Shown here: positions 20,237 to 29,250 of the stretch, one piece after another | How positions within the stretch are numbered: position 1 is the first letter of the stretch | Layout: each line of letters opens with the position of its first letter | Source: a virus | Taxonomy: Duplodnaviria > Caudoviricetes | Direction: 5' to 3' (one strand) | IMG/VR virus record: IMGVR_UViG_3300023178_000046 | Coordinates: 836-64,835 of that record | Length of the DNA stretch: 64,000 nucleotides | Position numbers and translations under genes: made by a program | Notes under the pieces: model-generated | What the model was told of the DNA's origin: nothing | Databases searched by the model: none | The model's input: only the letters and a program-made list of their open reading frames with translations

Positions 20237-20529
20237 TATTTTTTTGGCTTACGCCCTGGTCTTGTTCTACCTGTTGCTGCTTTTGGAATATCACCAATTT
20301 GATTTCCAACCTCTTTCACAGCCTTAACTACATCTTTCATTTCTTCGCCTACTCGCTCAACTCTGATACTTACGTCTTCTTTCAAGTCCGTAAACTTTTC
20401 TTCTAAAATATCAGGTATCATATTGTTGTTGTCGTCACGAGTCAATCCTTTTCTTGTCATCCAGATTGCAGCAATATTGACAACTATCAACAATATCACT
20501 AATCCAATTAAAATAAAAATTACATTCAT
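20236..20529 (-). CDS. Membrane protein
   Basis: N-terminal TM helix MNVIFILIGLVILLIVV, DDNNNMIPD motif. Confidence 0.65.
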   Translation of the reverse strand: MNVIFILIGLVILLIVVNIAAIWMTRKGLTRDDNNNMIPDILEEKFTDLKEDVSIRVERVGEEMKDVVKAVKEVGNQIGDIPKAATGRTRPGRKPKK

Positions 20530-20545
20530 TGTTTTAAAATTAATA

Positions 20546-20794
20546 TTAACGTCTATCTCTACCTCCACGAGCCCTGTTGGTATAACGTCTCTCGCTTAGG
20601 ATAGTTCCTTTTTTATGAGAACAGTCCATATTGTCTCCGTTCCCATAAGTTCCATTTCTTCTGTTAAATTTATTGCATTCAACTCTCTTCCTCACCTGTC
20701 GAGGTCTTCTTTGAAAAGAAGAGTCATACTTCTTTTTAACCTCTCTAGCTTCAGGGTTGTTTCGATAATACAGAGCTGATTTGCTTAAACTCAT
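20546..20794 (-). CDS. Small basic protein, degenerate HNH-like
   Basis: GDNMDCSHKKG...NRARG resembles an HNH-like remnant. Confidence 0.5.
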   Translation of the reverse strand: MSLSKSALYYRNNPEAREVKKKYDSSFQRRPRQVRKRVECNKFNRRNGTYGNGDNMDCSHKKGTILSERRYTNRARGGRDRR

Positions 20795-21048
20795 TATCTT
20801 CTTCTAGTTAAAACTTTAGCTTGAGGTTTAGCGGTTTTAACCTTCTTAGCTCCTTGCTTTTTAATAACATTGGCTTTCTTCTCTACTTTGATGTAAGATA
20901 CATCAGACGCAGATCCGTTTTTTGTAAAAACCTTTCTTCTTGATCTTGAAGGTGTGTTACTCATTCTTTTTTCCCCAGATGAAGTTCTTGTAGTGCTACG
21001 AATATTTCTCATAGCCTGAGTTGTACCTCTTGTTGTTTTTTTAGCCAT
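20794..21048 (-). CDS. Small K/R-rich protein
   Basis: ORF track; coupled stop/start with neighbours. Confidence 0.6.
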   Translation of the reverse strand: MAKKTTRGTTQAMRNIRSTTRTSSGEKRMSNTPSRSRRKVFTKNGSASDVSYIKVEKKANVIKKQGAKKVKTAKPQAKVLTRRR

Positions 21049-21176
21049 TACTCTCCTTTTTTAATTTTATCTGAAGCTTTTTCTTTTTTTACTGCTTTCG
21101 CCTTTGGCTTTGGCGCTTCTTTTACCTTGCCAATTCTTTTTAAATAATCTTCTTTAGACTCGTTGATTCCTCTCAT
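21048..21176 (-). CDS. Small K-rich protein (42 aa)
   Basis: Hand-translated MRGINESKEDYLKRIGKVKEAPKPKAKAVKKEKASDKIKKGE*. Confidence 0.55.
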   Translation of the reverse strand: MRGINESKEDYLKRIGKVKEAPKPKAKAVKKEKASDKIKKGE

Positions 21177-21179
21177 GTC

Positions 21180-21425
21180 TTATTTTTTAAATGAAACTCT
21201 TGCCGCATTTGTATTTGATACAAACTGCTGTCCTCGGCTCCCAGCAGCTTTTTTCTTCTTAGCAGTCGTTGCTCTTTGAGCTTGACTTAAACTTCTTGCC
21301 TTAGCTAATGGTAAACATCTATCTGGATTCTTTTTGTTCTTACTAGTACCACATTCGCCTTTTATTTTGCCATCAGTACCAATGCGAACCCACTTTTGCC
21401 GTCTCCATTCAGCTAACTTACTCAT
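21180..21425 (-). CDS. Small basic protein
   Basis: WRRQKWVRIG..GECG...RCLP..KA. Confidence 0.65.
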   Translation of the reverse strand: MSKLAEWRRQKWVRIGTDGKIKGECGTSKNKKNPDRCLPLAKARSLSQAQRATTAKKKKAAGSRGQQFVSNTNAARVSFKK

Positions 21426-21583
21426 TTTTTGCCTTTTCCGTATTTAGGGTCTTTGCAATACTTTGATGCAGCCATATTAGCGTAAGCTGAAGGATACTTG
21501 TCGAAAGTACGCTTTGCCCATTCTATTCCTGCCGAACAAATCTTGTTGCCCCTGTTGGCTTTTGTTTTACTTTTTGTTGCCAT
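21422..21583 (-). CDS. Small basic protein (53 aa)
   Basis: Hand-translated MATKSKTKANRGNKICSAGIEWAKRTFDKYPSAYANMAASKYCKDPKYGKGKK*. Confidence 0.65.
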   Translation of the reverse strand: MATKSKTKANRGNKICSAGIEWAKRTFDKYPSAYANMAASKYCKDPKYGKGKK

Positions 21584-21743
21584 AAGGAAATAGGTCATTT
21601 AAGGTTTTTTTACGACCATCACAGCCGCAATCGGTGTTCATAGCCTTTGCAGCTTTTTCCACAATGGTTTTTATTCCAGTTGCCTGGGTAAATGCCTCAA
21701 CCGTATCACCAAGCCCTTTATGTCCTTTTAATGGATGACTCAT
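21567..21743 (-). CDS. Small protein (58 aa) with GLGDT...CGC motif
   Basis: Hand-translated MSHPLKGHKGLGDTVEAFTQATGIKTIVEKAAKAMNTDCGCDGRKKTLNDLFPYGNKK*. Confidence 0.65.
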   Translation of the reverse strand: MSHPLKGHKGLGDTVEAFTQATGIKTIVEKAAKAMNTDCGCDGRKKTLNDLFPYGNKK

Positions 21744-21940
21744 GCTTTTGTTACTGGTTCTTTAGTTACAAATGTTGTTCCGTGAGCTCCTGGCTGACCG
21801 ACCTTTCTCTTTGCTTTATTGATCTTTGGTTTTTTACCTGAAAGAGTATCAATATCTCTGTTTCTGAAAGGAATACTATCGTATTTCTTTTGATCTCTTT
21901 TTACTCTTTGCTTAATAGATTGTCTTTTATATGGATCCAT
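21740..21940 (-). CDS. Small basic protein
   Basis: Probable start MDPYKRQ at 21940 within ORF 21740-22033. Confidence 0.55.
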   Translation of the reverse strand: MDPYKRQSIKQRVKRDQKKYDSIPFRNRDIDTLSGKKPKINKAKRKVGQPGAHGTTFVTKEPVTKA

Positions 21941-21944
21941 AATA

Positions 21945-22244
21945 TTAATATTTACCTCGTCTATTAGAAGGAGATGATTTTGTGGACCCTCCTTTTCCAG
22001 CCCATAGATTTTTACACGCCCAATACCTAGCACTTAGCTTGTTTGTAGCAGATGAACATTTGTGTCTAGCTTTGAATGATTTACGTGCCGCTGAAGAATA
22101 GTTGTGTCCGTACCCTTTAGCTCCGTAGTGAATAATTTTCTCCGTTCCGCCAGAACAAGCCTTAACCATTCTTTTCTTTCCTGGTCTTGTGCTTGATCTT
22201 GGCTTATTACAAGCCATTTTTGATTTGTCTACTCTAGCGGCCAC
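21945..22244 (-). CDS. Small basic Cys-containing protein
   Basis: GTG start at 22244; GKKRMVKAC...IIHYGAKG...ARKSFKARHKC...SARYWAC. Confidence 0.65.
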   Translation of the reverse strand: MAARVDKSKMACNKPRSSTRPGKKRMVKACSGGTEKIIHYGAKGYGHNYSSAARKSFKARHKCSSATNKLSARYWACKNLWAGKGGSTKSSPSNRRGKY

Positions 22245-22276
22245 GTATAAAGATTTTTTAGATTTATTATCTTCGA

Positions 22277-22284
22277 CAAATATA
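22277..22284 (-). promoter_or_regulatory. Bacteroidota -7 promoter box TATATTTG
   Basis: Heads the small basic ORF cluster. Confidence 0.55.
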
Positions 22285-22308
22285 CGAATAAAAAAAAAGA
22301 GGTTTTTT

Positions 22309-22836
22309 ATGCATAAACGCCAAATGAAGCGTCTTCGTATGAAGGCAAAAGATAAATACCACATAACATACGAAAGAGAGAGGAAATATAATTTTTTAAA
22401 ATATTGGAGAATTGTGAGGTATTATGTTAAAAGAAAATACGAACTATCTGAAACAGATTTAGAGATGCTTTTGTTTCTTTATGACGAAGGAAGGTTCACT
22501 TCTACTGATTTTAAAGAATACTCAAATTTAATGCATTGGGATAGGGATAGGTTCTGGAAGATGAAGGAAAGAGATTTTATTGGTGTCTGGAGAAAGAAAA
22601 ATGAAGTAGCAAATAGAAAAGCAATATATGAATTAACAGCTAAATCGAAAAAAATAGTTTCTATAGTTTACAGAAGACTATTGATGGAAGAGACTTTTTC
22701 CGAAGACCCTAGACACAACCCTATAATGAAGGGATCAACCTACACAGATAGGATTTATAGAATGGCGATAAAAAAGATGAATAGTAAAATTAAAGACTCT
22801 CAAGAACGCAAGTTTTTAGAAGATGATAGTCTCTAA
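22309..22836 (+). CDS. Putative winged-helix (MarR-like) DNA-binding protein
   Basis: YELSETDLEMLLFLY...IYELTAKSKKIV; lone + strand gene in a - strand block; probable ATG 22309. Confidence 0.55.
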   Translation: MHKRQMKRLRMKAKDKYHITYERERKYNFLKYWRIVRYYVKRKYELSETDLEMLLFLYDEGRFTSTDFKEYSNLMHWDRDRFWKMKERDFIGVWRKKNEVANRKAIYELTAKSKKIVSIVYRRLLMEETFSEDPRHNPIMKGSTYTDRIYRMAIKKMNSKIKDSQERKFLEDDSL

Positions 22837-23518
22837 TAGGGACCCTTTTTTTTACCTCCCTCATTGTTAATGATCTGCCTTCTTTTTTAATTTGTGATAT
22901 AGCTGAATTAATTAGTTCTTTCTCTTTTTTCTTCTTGATTAGAACGTTTTTATATTTAAGCATTGCAATCATATCATCATCAAAGCTTTTCTTTAGTGTA
23001 GGTGCAGAACACCCTAAAACTTCAGCTATCTTTTTCATAGTTAATTTCCCATCTATCATTCTGCATGCATCCCATATTTCATTAGATTCAAACCTTATTT
23101 TAGGGTGTATTAATTTCTGCACTATTTTTCTTTTTTCTTCAACAGACAACATTTTGCTTGGATTAAATATTACTTTTCTTTTTCTTCTGCAATATGGCTT
23201 TTTATTTTTTTGCCACACTTCATTGCAAATGTATTCTACCTTTTTTTCTGAGTAAGTTCTTATTATGTGTCCATTAGACCTATCAGATACTTGCTTCATG
23301 TGATAAACAAAAACTTCCCACTCTATTTCAGGATTTAACCACAAAAGCTTTTCTCCTACATACTCTAGTTCCTGTATGGTATTTATCTTCCTTGTCCCTC
23401 TATAAAGCGTATAATAATCTTTGCCTTCAGGGTAGTACATATAGGGTTGACCTCTAAAGGATATTGGTGTTTCCATTATCAGTCTATCCCTTTCGTAATC
23501 AAACAAGGGTATATACAT
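22790..23518 (-). CDS. Hypothetical protein with C-terminal HTH
   Basis: LTMKKIAEVLGCSAPTLKK helix-turn-helix pattern. Confidence 0.6.
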   Translation of the reverse strand: MYIPLFDYERDRLIMETPISFRGQPYMYYPEGKDYYTLYRGTRKINTIQELEYVGEKLLWLNPEIEWEVFVYHMKQVSDRSNGHIIRTYSEKKVEYICNEVWQKNKKPYCRRKRKVIFNPSKMLSVEEKRKIVQKLIHPKIRFESNEIWDACRMIDGKLTMKKIAEVLGCSAPTLKKSFDDDMIAMLKYKNVLIKKKKEKELINSAISQIKKEGRSLTMREVKKRVPIRDYHLLKTCVLESL

Positions 23519-23772
23519 TACTGTTTAACAACACAACCATTAAGATCTGTGACCAAATAAATGTCTTCGCCAACTCTTATCTGACTAGAAGCTGCTTTAT
23601 CGTAATATATCCTATCTCCCTTCTCTAGATTGGTAACATCATCACCGCAAGTCACAACCTCTCCAGGCAAGTATCTTACATTTTTCTCTGAGTTAGTAGA
23701 AAGAAAAACTCCTTTAGACTCGATCTCTTCTTTCTCTGGTCTTATAACCACATATCTTCCTAACGCTATCAT
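23518..23772 (-). CDS. groES: Co-chaperonin GroES
   Basis: ALGRYVVIRP...GEVVTCGDDV...KGDRIYY; adjacent to groEL. Confidence 0.85.
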   Translation of the reverse strand: MIALGRYVVIRPEKEEIESKGVFLSTNSEKNVRYLPGEVVTCGDDVTNLEKGDRIYYDKAASSQIRVGEDIYLVTDLNGCVVKQ

Positions 23773-25364
23773 GCTCTAATATTTGTAATTACACAATTTG
23801 TAGACAACAGTTCACAAGAAACACTAACTGCATTTTCCAATACTGACAATGTAACTGCTGTTGGATCTAACACTCCTGCTTCAAACAAGTCTTCAACTTT
23901 ATCTGTGTTGGCATTATATCCAATCTTACCGTCATCATCTTCAAACAGTTTTCTTCCAATATCAACTATTTCATCCTCTGTTTTGCCAGCATTCATCAAT
24001 ATTGCCACAAAAAGACTATCCATGCTATCTTTCAAAGCATTCCATCCAAGAATGTAATCTTTAGTGTTTTCCATTTGATCTTTCAGAGACATAACAAAAA
24101 GTCCTGCATGAGATAAAGCAGATCCTCCTCCAGGCAAAACACCCATCTTCATTGCAGCACGAGTGGCGCTGATAGCATCGTCTACCCTATCTTTCTTCTC
24201 TTTCATTTCTATCTCAGTAGACGCTCCAACGTGTATAGATGCAACCCCTCCAGTTAGCTTAGACAACCTATCTCTTAGGTGCCAGGCAGAGTCTTCATTC
24301 TTTTCGTCCTCTAGTTCAGACTCGATAAAGTGCTTTATTGCTTGTATCTCGTTTGCTGTATTTTCATCTGGATTGATATACAAAACAGTTTCCCCTTCAC
24401 TTACAATAAGCTTATCTGCATTACCAAGCCAATCTGGTGTTAATGTGCTAAAATCTTGCCCATGACTTTCAGAGAAGAACTCTGCCCCTGTCATTCTAGC
24501 TAGATCTTGTAAAAGCTCATCTCTCTTGTACCCTATTCCTGGAGGTCTAACAACACAGGCTTTGAATCTTCCCTTTGAGTTGTTTAAAATCATAGTTGCA
24601 ATAAACTCCTCTGTGCATTCCGATACTATCAATATCGTTTTGTTATTTTTAGCACAAAACTCTAGAACAGGAAGAATCTGCTGTGCACTTTGTATTTCCG
24701 ATCCAGAGATCAAAACAAACACATTGCTGGCTACAAACTCTCTTTTTGTAATATCTGTTACAAGATGATGAGAAGCCCACCCCCTGTCTATCTTGGTTCC
24801 TTCTTTAACACTGATGTATGAATCTTCGTTATAAGACTCTTCAACAGTTACAACCCCATCTTTTCCTACCTTCTCAAAAGCATCGGCAATAAGCTGCCCT
24901 ATGTTTCTGTCGTTGTTAGCTGATATGCTTGCTACATTAACTAGGTCATCGGTGGATAGCTCTACGCTCAAACTCTTCAAAAAAGTCTTAGCCATATCCA
25001 TGCAATCATTCATTCCCATTTTGAAATGGTTGACGTTGCGGATTTCACTTTTCTTAGTGTTTTGGATAATGTGATTAGCAAGTACAACTGAAGATGTTGT
25101 GCCATCACCAGCGCGAAGCGCTGTTTTTTTAGAGGCCTGTCTAACAACAGTCATAGCTAAATGCTCTATTGGATCGCTGAGGTTTACACTCTCTGCAACC
25201 GTTATTCCGTCTTTAGTGACGTGTGGATTCCCAAACTGGTCTTCTAGGATTACAGTCTTTCCGTTAGGTCCGAGTGTACTTCCTACTGCCGAAGCTAGTT
25301 TGTCAACGCCAGATAATATCTTATCCCACGCTTCAGAATCAAAAGAAAGTTTTTTTTCTATCAT
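23769..25364 (-). CDS. groEL: Chaperonin GroEL
   Basis: TLGPNG, VTKDGITVA, AGDGTTS, ISANND, GKDGVVTVEES, EMKEKKDRVDDA, GVLPGGG. Confidence 0.96.
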   Translation of the reverse strand: MIEKKLSFDSEAWDKILSGVDKLASAVGSTLGPNGKTVILEDQFGNPHVTKDGITVAESVNLSDPIEHLAMTVVRQASKKTALRAGDGTTSSVVLANHIIQNTKKSEIRNVNHFKMGMNDCMDMAKTFLKSLSVELSTDDLVNVASISANNDRNIGQLIADAFEKVGKDGVVTVEESYNEDSYISVKEGTKIDRGWASHHLVTDITKREFVASNVFVLISGSEIQSAQQILPVLEFCAKNNKTILIVSECTEEFIATMILNNSKGRFKACVVRPPGIGYKRDELLQDLARMTGAEFFSESHGQDFSTLTPDWLGNADKLIVSEGETVLYINPDENTANEIQAIKHFIESELEDEKNEDSAWHLRDRLSKLTGGVASIHVGASTEIEMKEKKDRVDDAISATRAAMKMGVLPGGGSALSHAGLFVMSLKDQMENTKDYILGWNALKDSMDSLFVAILMNAGKTEDEIVDIGRKLFEDDDGKIGYNANTDKVEDLFEAGVLDPTAVTLSVLENAVSVSCELLSTNCVITNIRA

Positions 25365-25584
25365 AATTAAAACTATTTTATTTTTATTTTATTATTATTA
25401 TATATATATATAATATATATACTATGTATTTGCTGTATATATACTCTGTAGTATTATATTTATTATATACAACAGGACTAGAGTTTGTGTCATACTTTGT
25501 GCGATTATTAAGCATCGACTTCTGTAAAGCCTTATGAATAAAGGGATACAAGGGTTTTTGCTTGTGTTGCTGTTTGTGCGACAT

Positions 25585-25830
25585 CTACTCTTTCACATGT
25601 TTCCACTCAGACACAAGAGATTCTATTTTATCCAGAATCCCTTTCTGCTTCTCGGATAGCTCGATATTCTCATCATTATGGTCTATGAGAATCTCATAAA
25701 TCAGTGATCGAACCTTTCTTAAAGTTTTAACTGCGATTTTTCTCTCAAAGAATAAGAGATTAGCAACTGTTCTGACGCTGCCGTTGTTTTCTTTTAGCAT
25801 ATCTCGTATGCCGTCATTGATATTAGTCAT
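25585..25830 (-). CDS. Hypothetical protein
   Basis: Probable start MTNIND at 25830, downstream of TATATTTG box at 25852-25859. Confidence 0.6.
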   Translation of the reverse strand: MTNINDGIRDMLKENNGSVRTVANLLFFERKIAVKTLRKVRSLIYEILIDHNDENIELSEKQKGILDKIESLVSEWKHVKE

Positions 25831-25885
25831 TTTGATTAGATTTAATTTATACAAATATACAAAATGTGGCGAATTTATTAAAACC

Positions 25886-26389
25886 CTACACCACAATTAT
25901 TTCTCTATAACTAGGAATTTGTTCTGATAAATGTTTTCTACTGGTTTTTGTAGTTATGTCTTTCCGTCCACGACGTCTGTATAACACATGATACGGAACA
26001 TCTAGCCCTGTTTTATCAGTGAAGACTTTCTTTACATTTTTCTTGACGAATTCTCTCAAATCAGACGTCTCCATTACTGCAATAACCCCTATGTTTCTGT
26101 AAATTATAGCAAAGTGAGTGGACTTACCATATATAGATCCAGGAAAATTATAATTTCCTTTTATCTCTAGCCATACATGAGATTGATCTTTGACCTTCAC
26201 ATCAAAAGAAAACGTTTTGCCTCTGTAATAAGCAAAGTAATCTATTTTATCTATTTTGTTCTCATGCACTGACGATGCCTTAACTACCATACCCTTGCTC
26301 TGTAAGAACCTTACAAAGGCAGACTCTCCTGCATCACCCTCTTTTTTATCTCTTTTTAGAGTCTCGTAAAACTTATCTGAGTTATTCAT
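25886..26389 (-). CDS. PD-(D/E)XK nuclease-fold protein
   Basis: GDAGESAF...KIDYF...SFDVKVK...WLEI pattern; probable ATG 26389. Confidence 0.55.
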   Translation of the reverse strand: MNNSDKFYETLKRDKKEGDAGESAFVRFLQSKGMVVKASSVHENKIDKIDYFAYYRGKTFSFDVKVKDQSHVWLEIKGNYNFPGSIYGKSTHFAIIYRNIGVIAVMETSDLREFVKKNVKKVFTDKTGLDVPYHVLYRRRGRKDITTKTSRKHLSEQIPSYREIIVV

Positions 26390-26538
26390 ACCATAAATAT
26401 ACAAAAAATATGTGGCAGAAAAAAAAATATCCTTACACACCTATTATTTTATTATATAGCACTTTTATTTTTCGCCACAATGTTTTATATTTATAAACGA
26501 TATTAAATCATTTAGATTTTATTATTGTTTTCTTGGAC

Positions 26539-26575
26539 AGCCAGGTATGAAGATATAGTAATACCTGGTTTTTTT
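26539..26575 (+). terminator. Intrinsic terminator-like hairpin
   Basis: ccaggtat...atacctgg 8-bp stem followed by a T tract. Confidence 0.6.
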
Positions 26576-27315
26576 ATGCAATATTTTCAAGGGGTTTAGA
26601 TGCGTTGAGGTATTGGGTTCTCTCTTGTTTCAGGACATTACCGTTTGTCAGAAAAGTGAGTTCAGAAACAGTACCCCCTTGCTTTAGTCAGTTTTATTCC
26701 TCAAATTTTTTGGCTTTTTTATATTCAGCCGTTAAAATACAGTCCACATTTGCTCGCTTCGAGATATTTTTTTGCTATTGTATGCCTGTTGAGGTGGGGC
26801 TATCACAGCCGACCCATTCACTATCATTAAACAGTTTGTCTGTCCGCTCAAATATCTACTTGCTCATCTACAGTACATTGCGACAAAAATGTAATGTCAC
26901 AGACAGCAGATTGGAATATCGATTCAACTTTGCAACCCACAATAATGGAACGGCTACACTGCAAGCACATAGTCTTTGTAATGCTGTCTTCTGATTACAC
27001 AACCTTCAGTTGTAATGTTAAAGTTAGATTAAATTAATTTCAGTTAATAAAAACGGTTCCAGATAAAAAAAATACAACAGCCTTACCGATGGCGTATCTA
27101 CCTTTAACATTTTTGAAAATACTGGACATTTTGCATGATATATATTTTAATAATGCAAATATCAGCCATGACATTTAGCATCCAACTTCTCGCCTTCGGC
27201 TCGGCTGTCGCTGTTATAATATTTCTTTTTTGCTGTCGCAAAAAATAATATGTATAACAAAGTTGTCTTGCAAAATCTAACGGCTAATTTATTCGCAAAT
27301 TAAAATTTATATATC

Positions 27316-27681
27316 ATGGAAAATGTAGTATTTTACGCAAAAATGTTGAAAGGCAGAGACGCCATAGTTGGTAAGGCTGTCGTATTCGAGCAGATCAGTA
27401 ACGATAAAAAGTTAACTGAAATTAATCTAATCAAAGCTTACTTTCCACTATCACAACTTCAGGTGGATGTAATCAAAAAAGATTACAATAAAGACTATGC
27501 ACTTGTAGAGTGTAGAGTTCCAGTATGGTTGTGGGATGCAAAAGTTGAAGCCGAGAGAGGTTTCCAATCTAAACTGTCTGCGTCATTTACACAGTTGACG
27601 ATGTTGACTGCAGATGACAATCCGACACTTGAGGCGGAAGCAGAAAAAGTTAGAGATGTAGTGAATGAGGGGCTGGAATAG
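27316..27681 (+). CDS. Hypothetical early protein
   Basis: First ORF of the + strand block, followed by a terminator. Confidence 0.7.
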   Translation: MENVVFYAKMLKGRDAIVGKAVVFEQISNDKKLTEINLIKAYFPLSQLQVDVIKKDYNKDYALVECRVPVWLWDAKVEAERGFQSKLSASFTQLTMLTADDNPTLEAEAEKVRDVVNEGLE

Positions 27682-27692
27682 CCCCTTTTTTT
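27668..27692 (+). terminator. Intrinsic terminator
   Basis: aggggct-ggaat-agcccct plus T tract. Confidence 0.75.
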
Positions 27693-27804
27693 AGTTATTA
27701 ATGATGTGTCAGTATATAATCTTTTGTTTAGCATATTATCACTATCACTTTTACAAGGATAGTATCAGTACAAAAAGCACAGCTTTACTGACACATTTTC
27801 CAAC

Positions 27805-27834
27805 GGAGAGTTTCAGTGCTTCTCTCCTTTTTTT
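27805..27834 (+). terminator. Intrinsic terminator
   Basis: ggagag...ctctcc plus T7. Confidence 0.65.
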
Positions 27835-27886
27835 ACAGTATACAAGGATAATCCTTGTTGTTTAGTTTAATTTAATTCTATTTATT

Positions 27887-28264
27887 ATGTTACGTAAATT
27901 TACGAACGACCAATTGTATCCATTGTTTAACTATTACACAAACAATGGTAAGAGTATCAGTAAGACAGCTAAGAAATTCAAAATTTCTTACAATGATGCT
28001 TATTATCGTATCAGAGAATACGAAAGACGTTTAAACAAAGGTGAAGACCGTGTTGCTCAAGACACAAATGGCAACAAGATTCGTGTTGCAGGTCTTGCTC
28101 CTTTCATGATTCGTTTCAACTCTGTTGATGACGCATGGGAAAAAATGCGCAAAGAGTTTACACACGATCAACTCACTATCATAACCAAGTTTTACAATAC
28201 TGTTATTTATCAAGCAGATTGTATTGGGACAGATAAAGTTAATGTAATCACAGAAAACGTCTAG
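27887..28264 (+). CDS. HTH-domain protein
   Basis: SISKTAKKFKISYNDAYYRIRE HTH pattern. Confidence 0.6.
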   Translation: MLRKFTNDQLYPLFNYYTNNGKSISKTAKKFKISYNDAYYRIREYERRLNKGEDRVAQDTNGNKIRVAGLAPFMIRFNSVDDAWEKMRKEFTHDQLTIITKFYNTVIYQADCIGTDKVNVITENV

Positions 28265-28266
28265 TT

Positions 28267-29250
28267 ATGAATAGTAGAAAGTTTGTAGATAATCTAAAAA
28301 AACTTGTTACTATTCAGTCCGAGTCATACAACACTAGAGACATGGCTCGTTATATCGTTGGTGTTGTACAGTCCATTGGTGGCTGTACAATTACCAATGA
28401 TAAATATGGTAACATATACGTGACCAAGGGTAATGCTGATAAGTATGATTCTATGGTATGTCATATTGATACAGTGCATAGTATTGTTAAAGCTAAGATT
28501 CATGCAATCAACATTGATGGTAACATAGTTGCTTTTAACGGCAAAACTATGAAACAACATGGTACAGGTGGTGACGACAAGGTTGGTATACACATTACAT
28601 TAGAACTCCTAAAAAGACGTAGTAATTTCAAAGCTGTATTCTTTTTAGATGAAGAAGTAGGTTGTGTTGGTTCAGCCAAAGCTGACTTCAAATTCTTTAA
28701 CGACTGTAGATTTGTACTGGAATGTGATAGACGTGGCTCAAACGATTTCGTAGATAGTATATCTGGTACTCAATTGTATAGCAAAGAATTTTCAAAAGAT
28801 ATACAAAAAGTATTGCAGAAATACAATAGAAAAGAAGTTTCTGGTGGTATGACTGATGTAGTAGAGATTGCTTATTCAACAAACAAGTGTGTAGCTAATA
28901 TGTCTTGTGGATATTACAATCCACACACTGATACAGAATATATCAATATTGAAGATGTAATTGACACTTTCAACTTTTGCAATGATTTATACGATATAAA
29001 CAAGAAAATGTATTCATATGATGTTGCACGAGTAAATCAATGGGCAAATTATAGATGGGATTACGATCCATACTATGGAACAAATGATGCATTCGATCAT
29101 TATGATTTATTAGATGATAACGATGCTGATAAGAAAATCAAAGAGATTTGTGGACCTGGTTGTATGTTACATGATAATTATTGTACAACATGCATGATGT
29201 ATACAGAAGAACTAACAGAATTTTTTGAAGATGAGACTACCATTGACTGA
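28267..29250 (+). CDS. Zn peptidase, M20/M28 clan
   Basis: CHIDTVH, GGDDKVG, DEEVGCVGS, ECDRRG, GYYNPHTDTE metal-ligand motifs. Confidence 0.85.
   Translation: MNSRKFVDNLKKLVTIQSESYNTRDMARYIVGVVQSIGGCTITNDKYGNIYVTKGNADKYDSMVCHIDTVHSIVKAKIHAINIDGNIVAFNGKTMKQHGTGGDDKVGIHITLELLKRRSNFKAVFFLDEEVGCVGSAKADFKFFNDCRFVLECDRRGSNDFVDSISGTQLYSKEFSKDIQKVLQKYNRKEVSGGMTDVVEIAYSTNKCVANMSCGYYNPHTDTEYINIEDVIDTFNFCNDLYDINKKMYSYDVARVNQWANYRWDYDPYYGTNDAFDHYDLLDDNDADKKIKEICGPGCMLHDNYCTTCMMYTEELTEFFEDETTID

Noticed and set aside
25384-25584. 66-aa ORF upstream of groEL
   Set aside because: Runs through low-complexity (TA)n DNA and gives a Y/I-rich tail; more likely non-coding.
26605-26994. 129-aa + strand ORF in the divergence region
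   Set aside because: TTG start, atypical composition, no motif; treated as non-coding.
26440-27890. tRNA genes in the intergenic regions
   Set aside because: No cloverleaf with a GTTCRA T-loop recognised by eye; tRNAscan-SE would be needed to exclude them.
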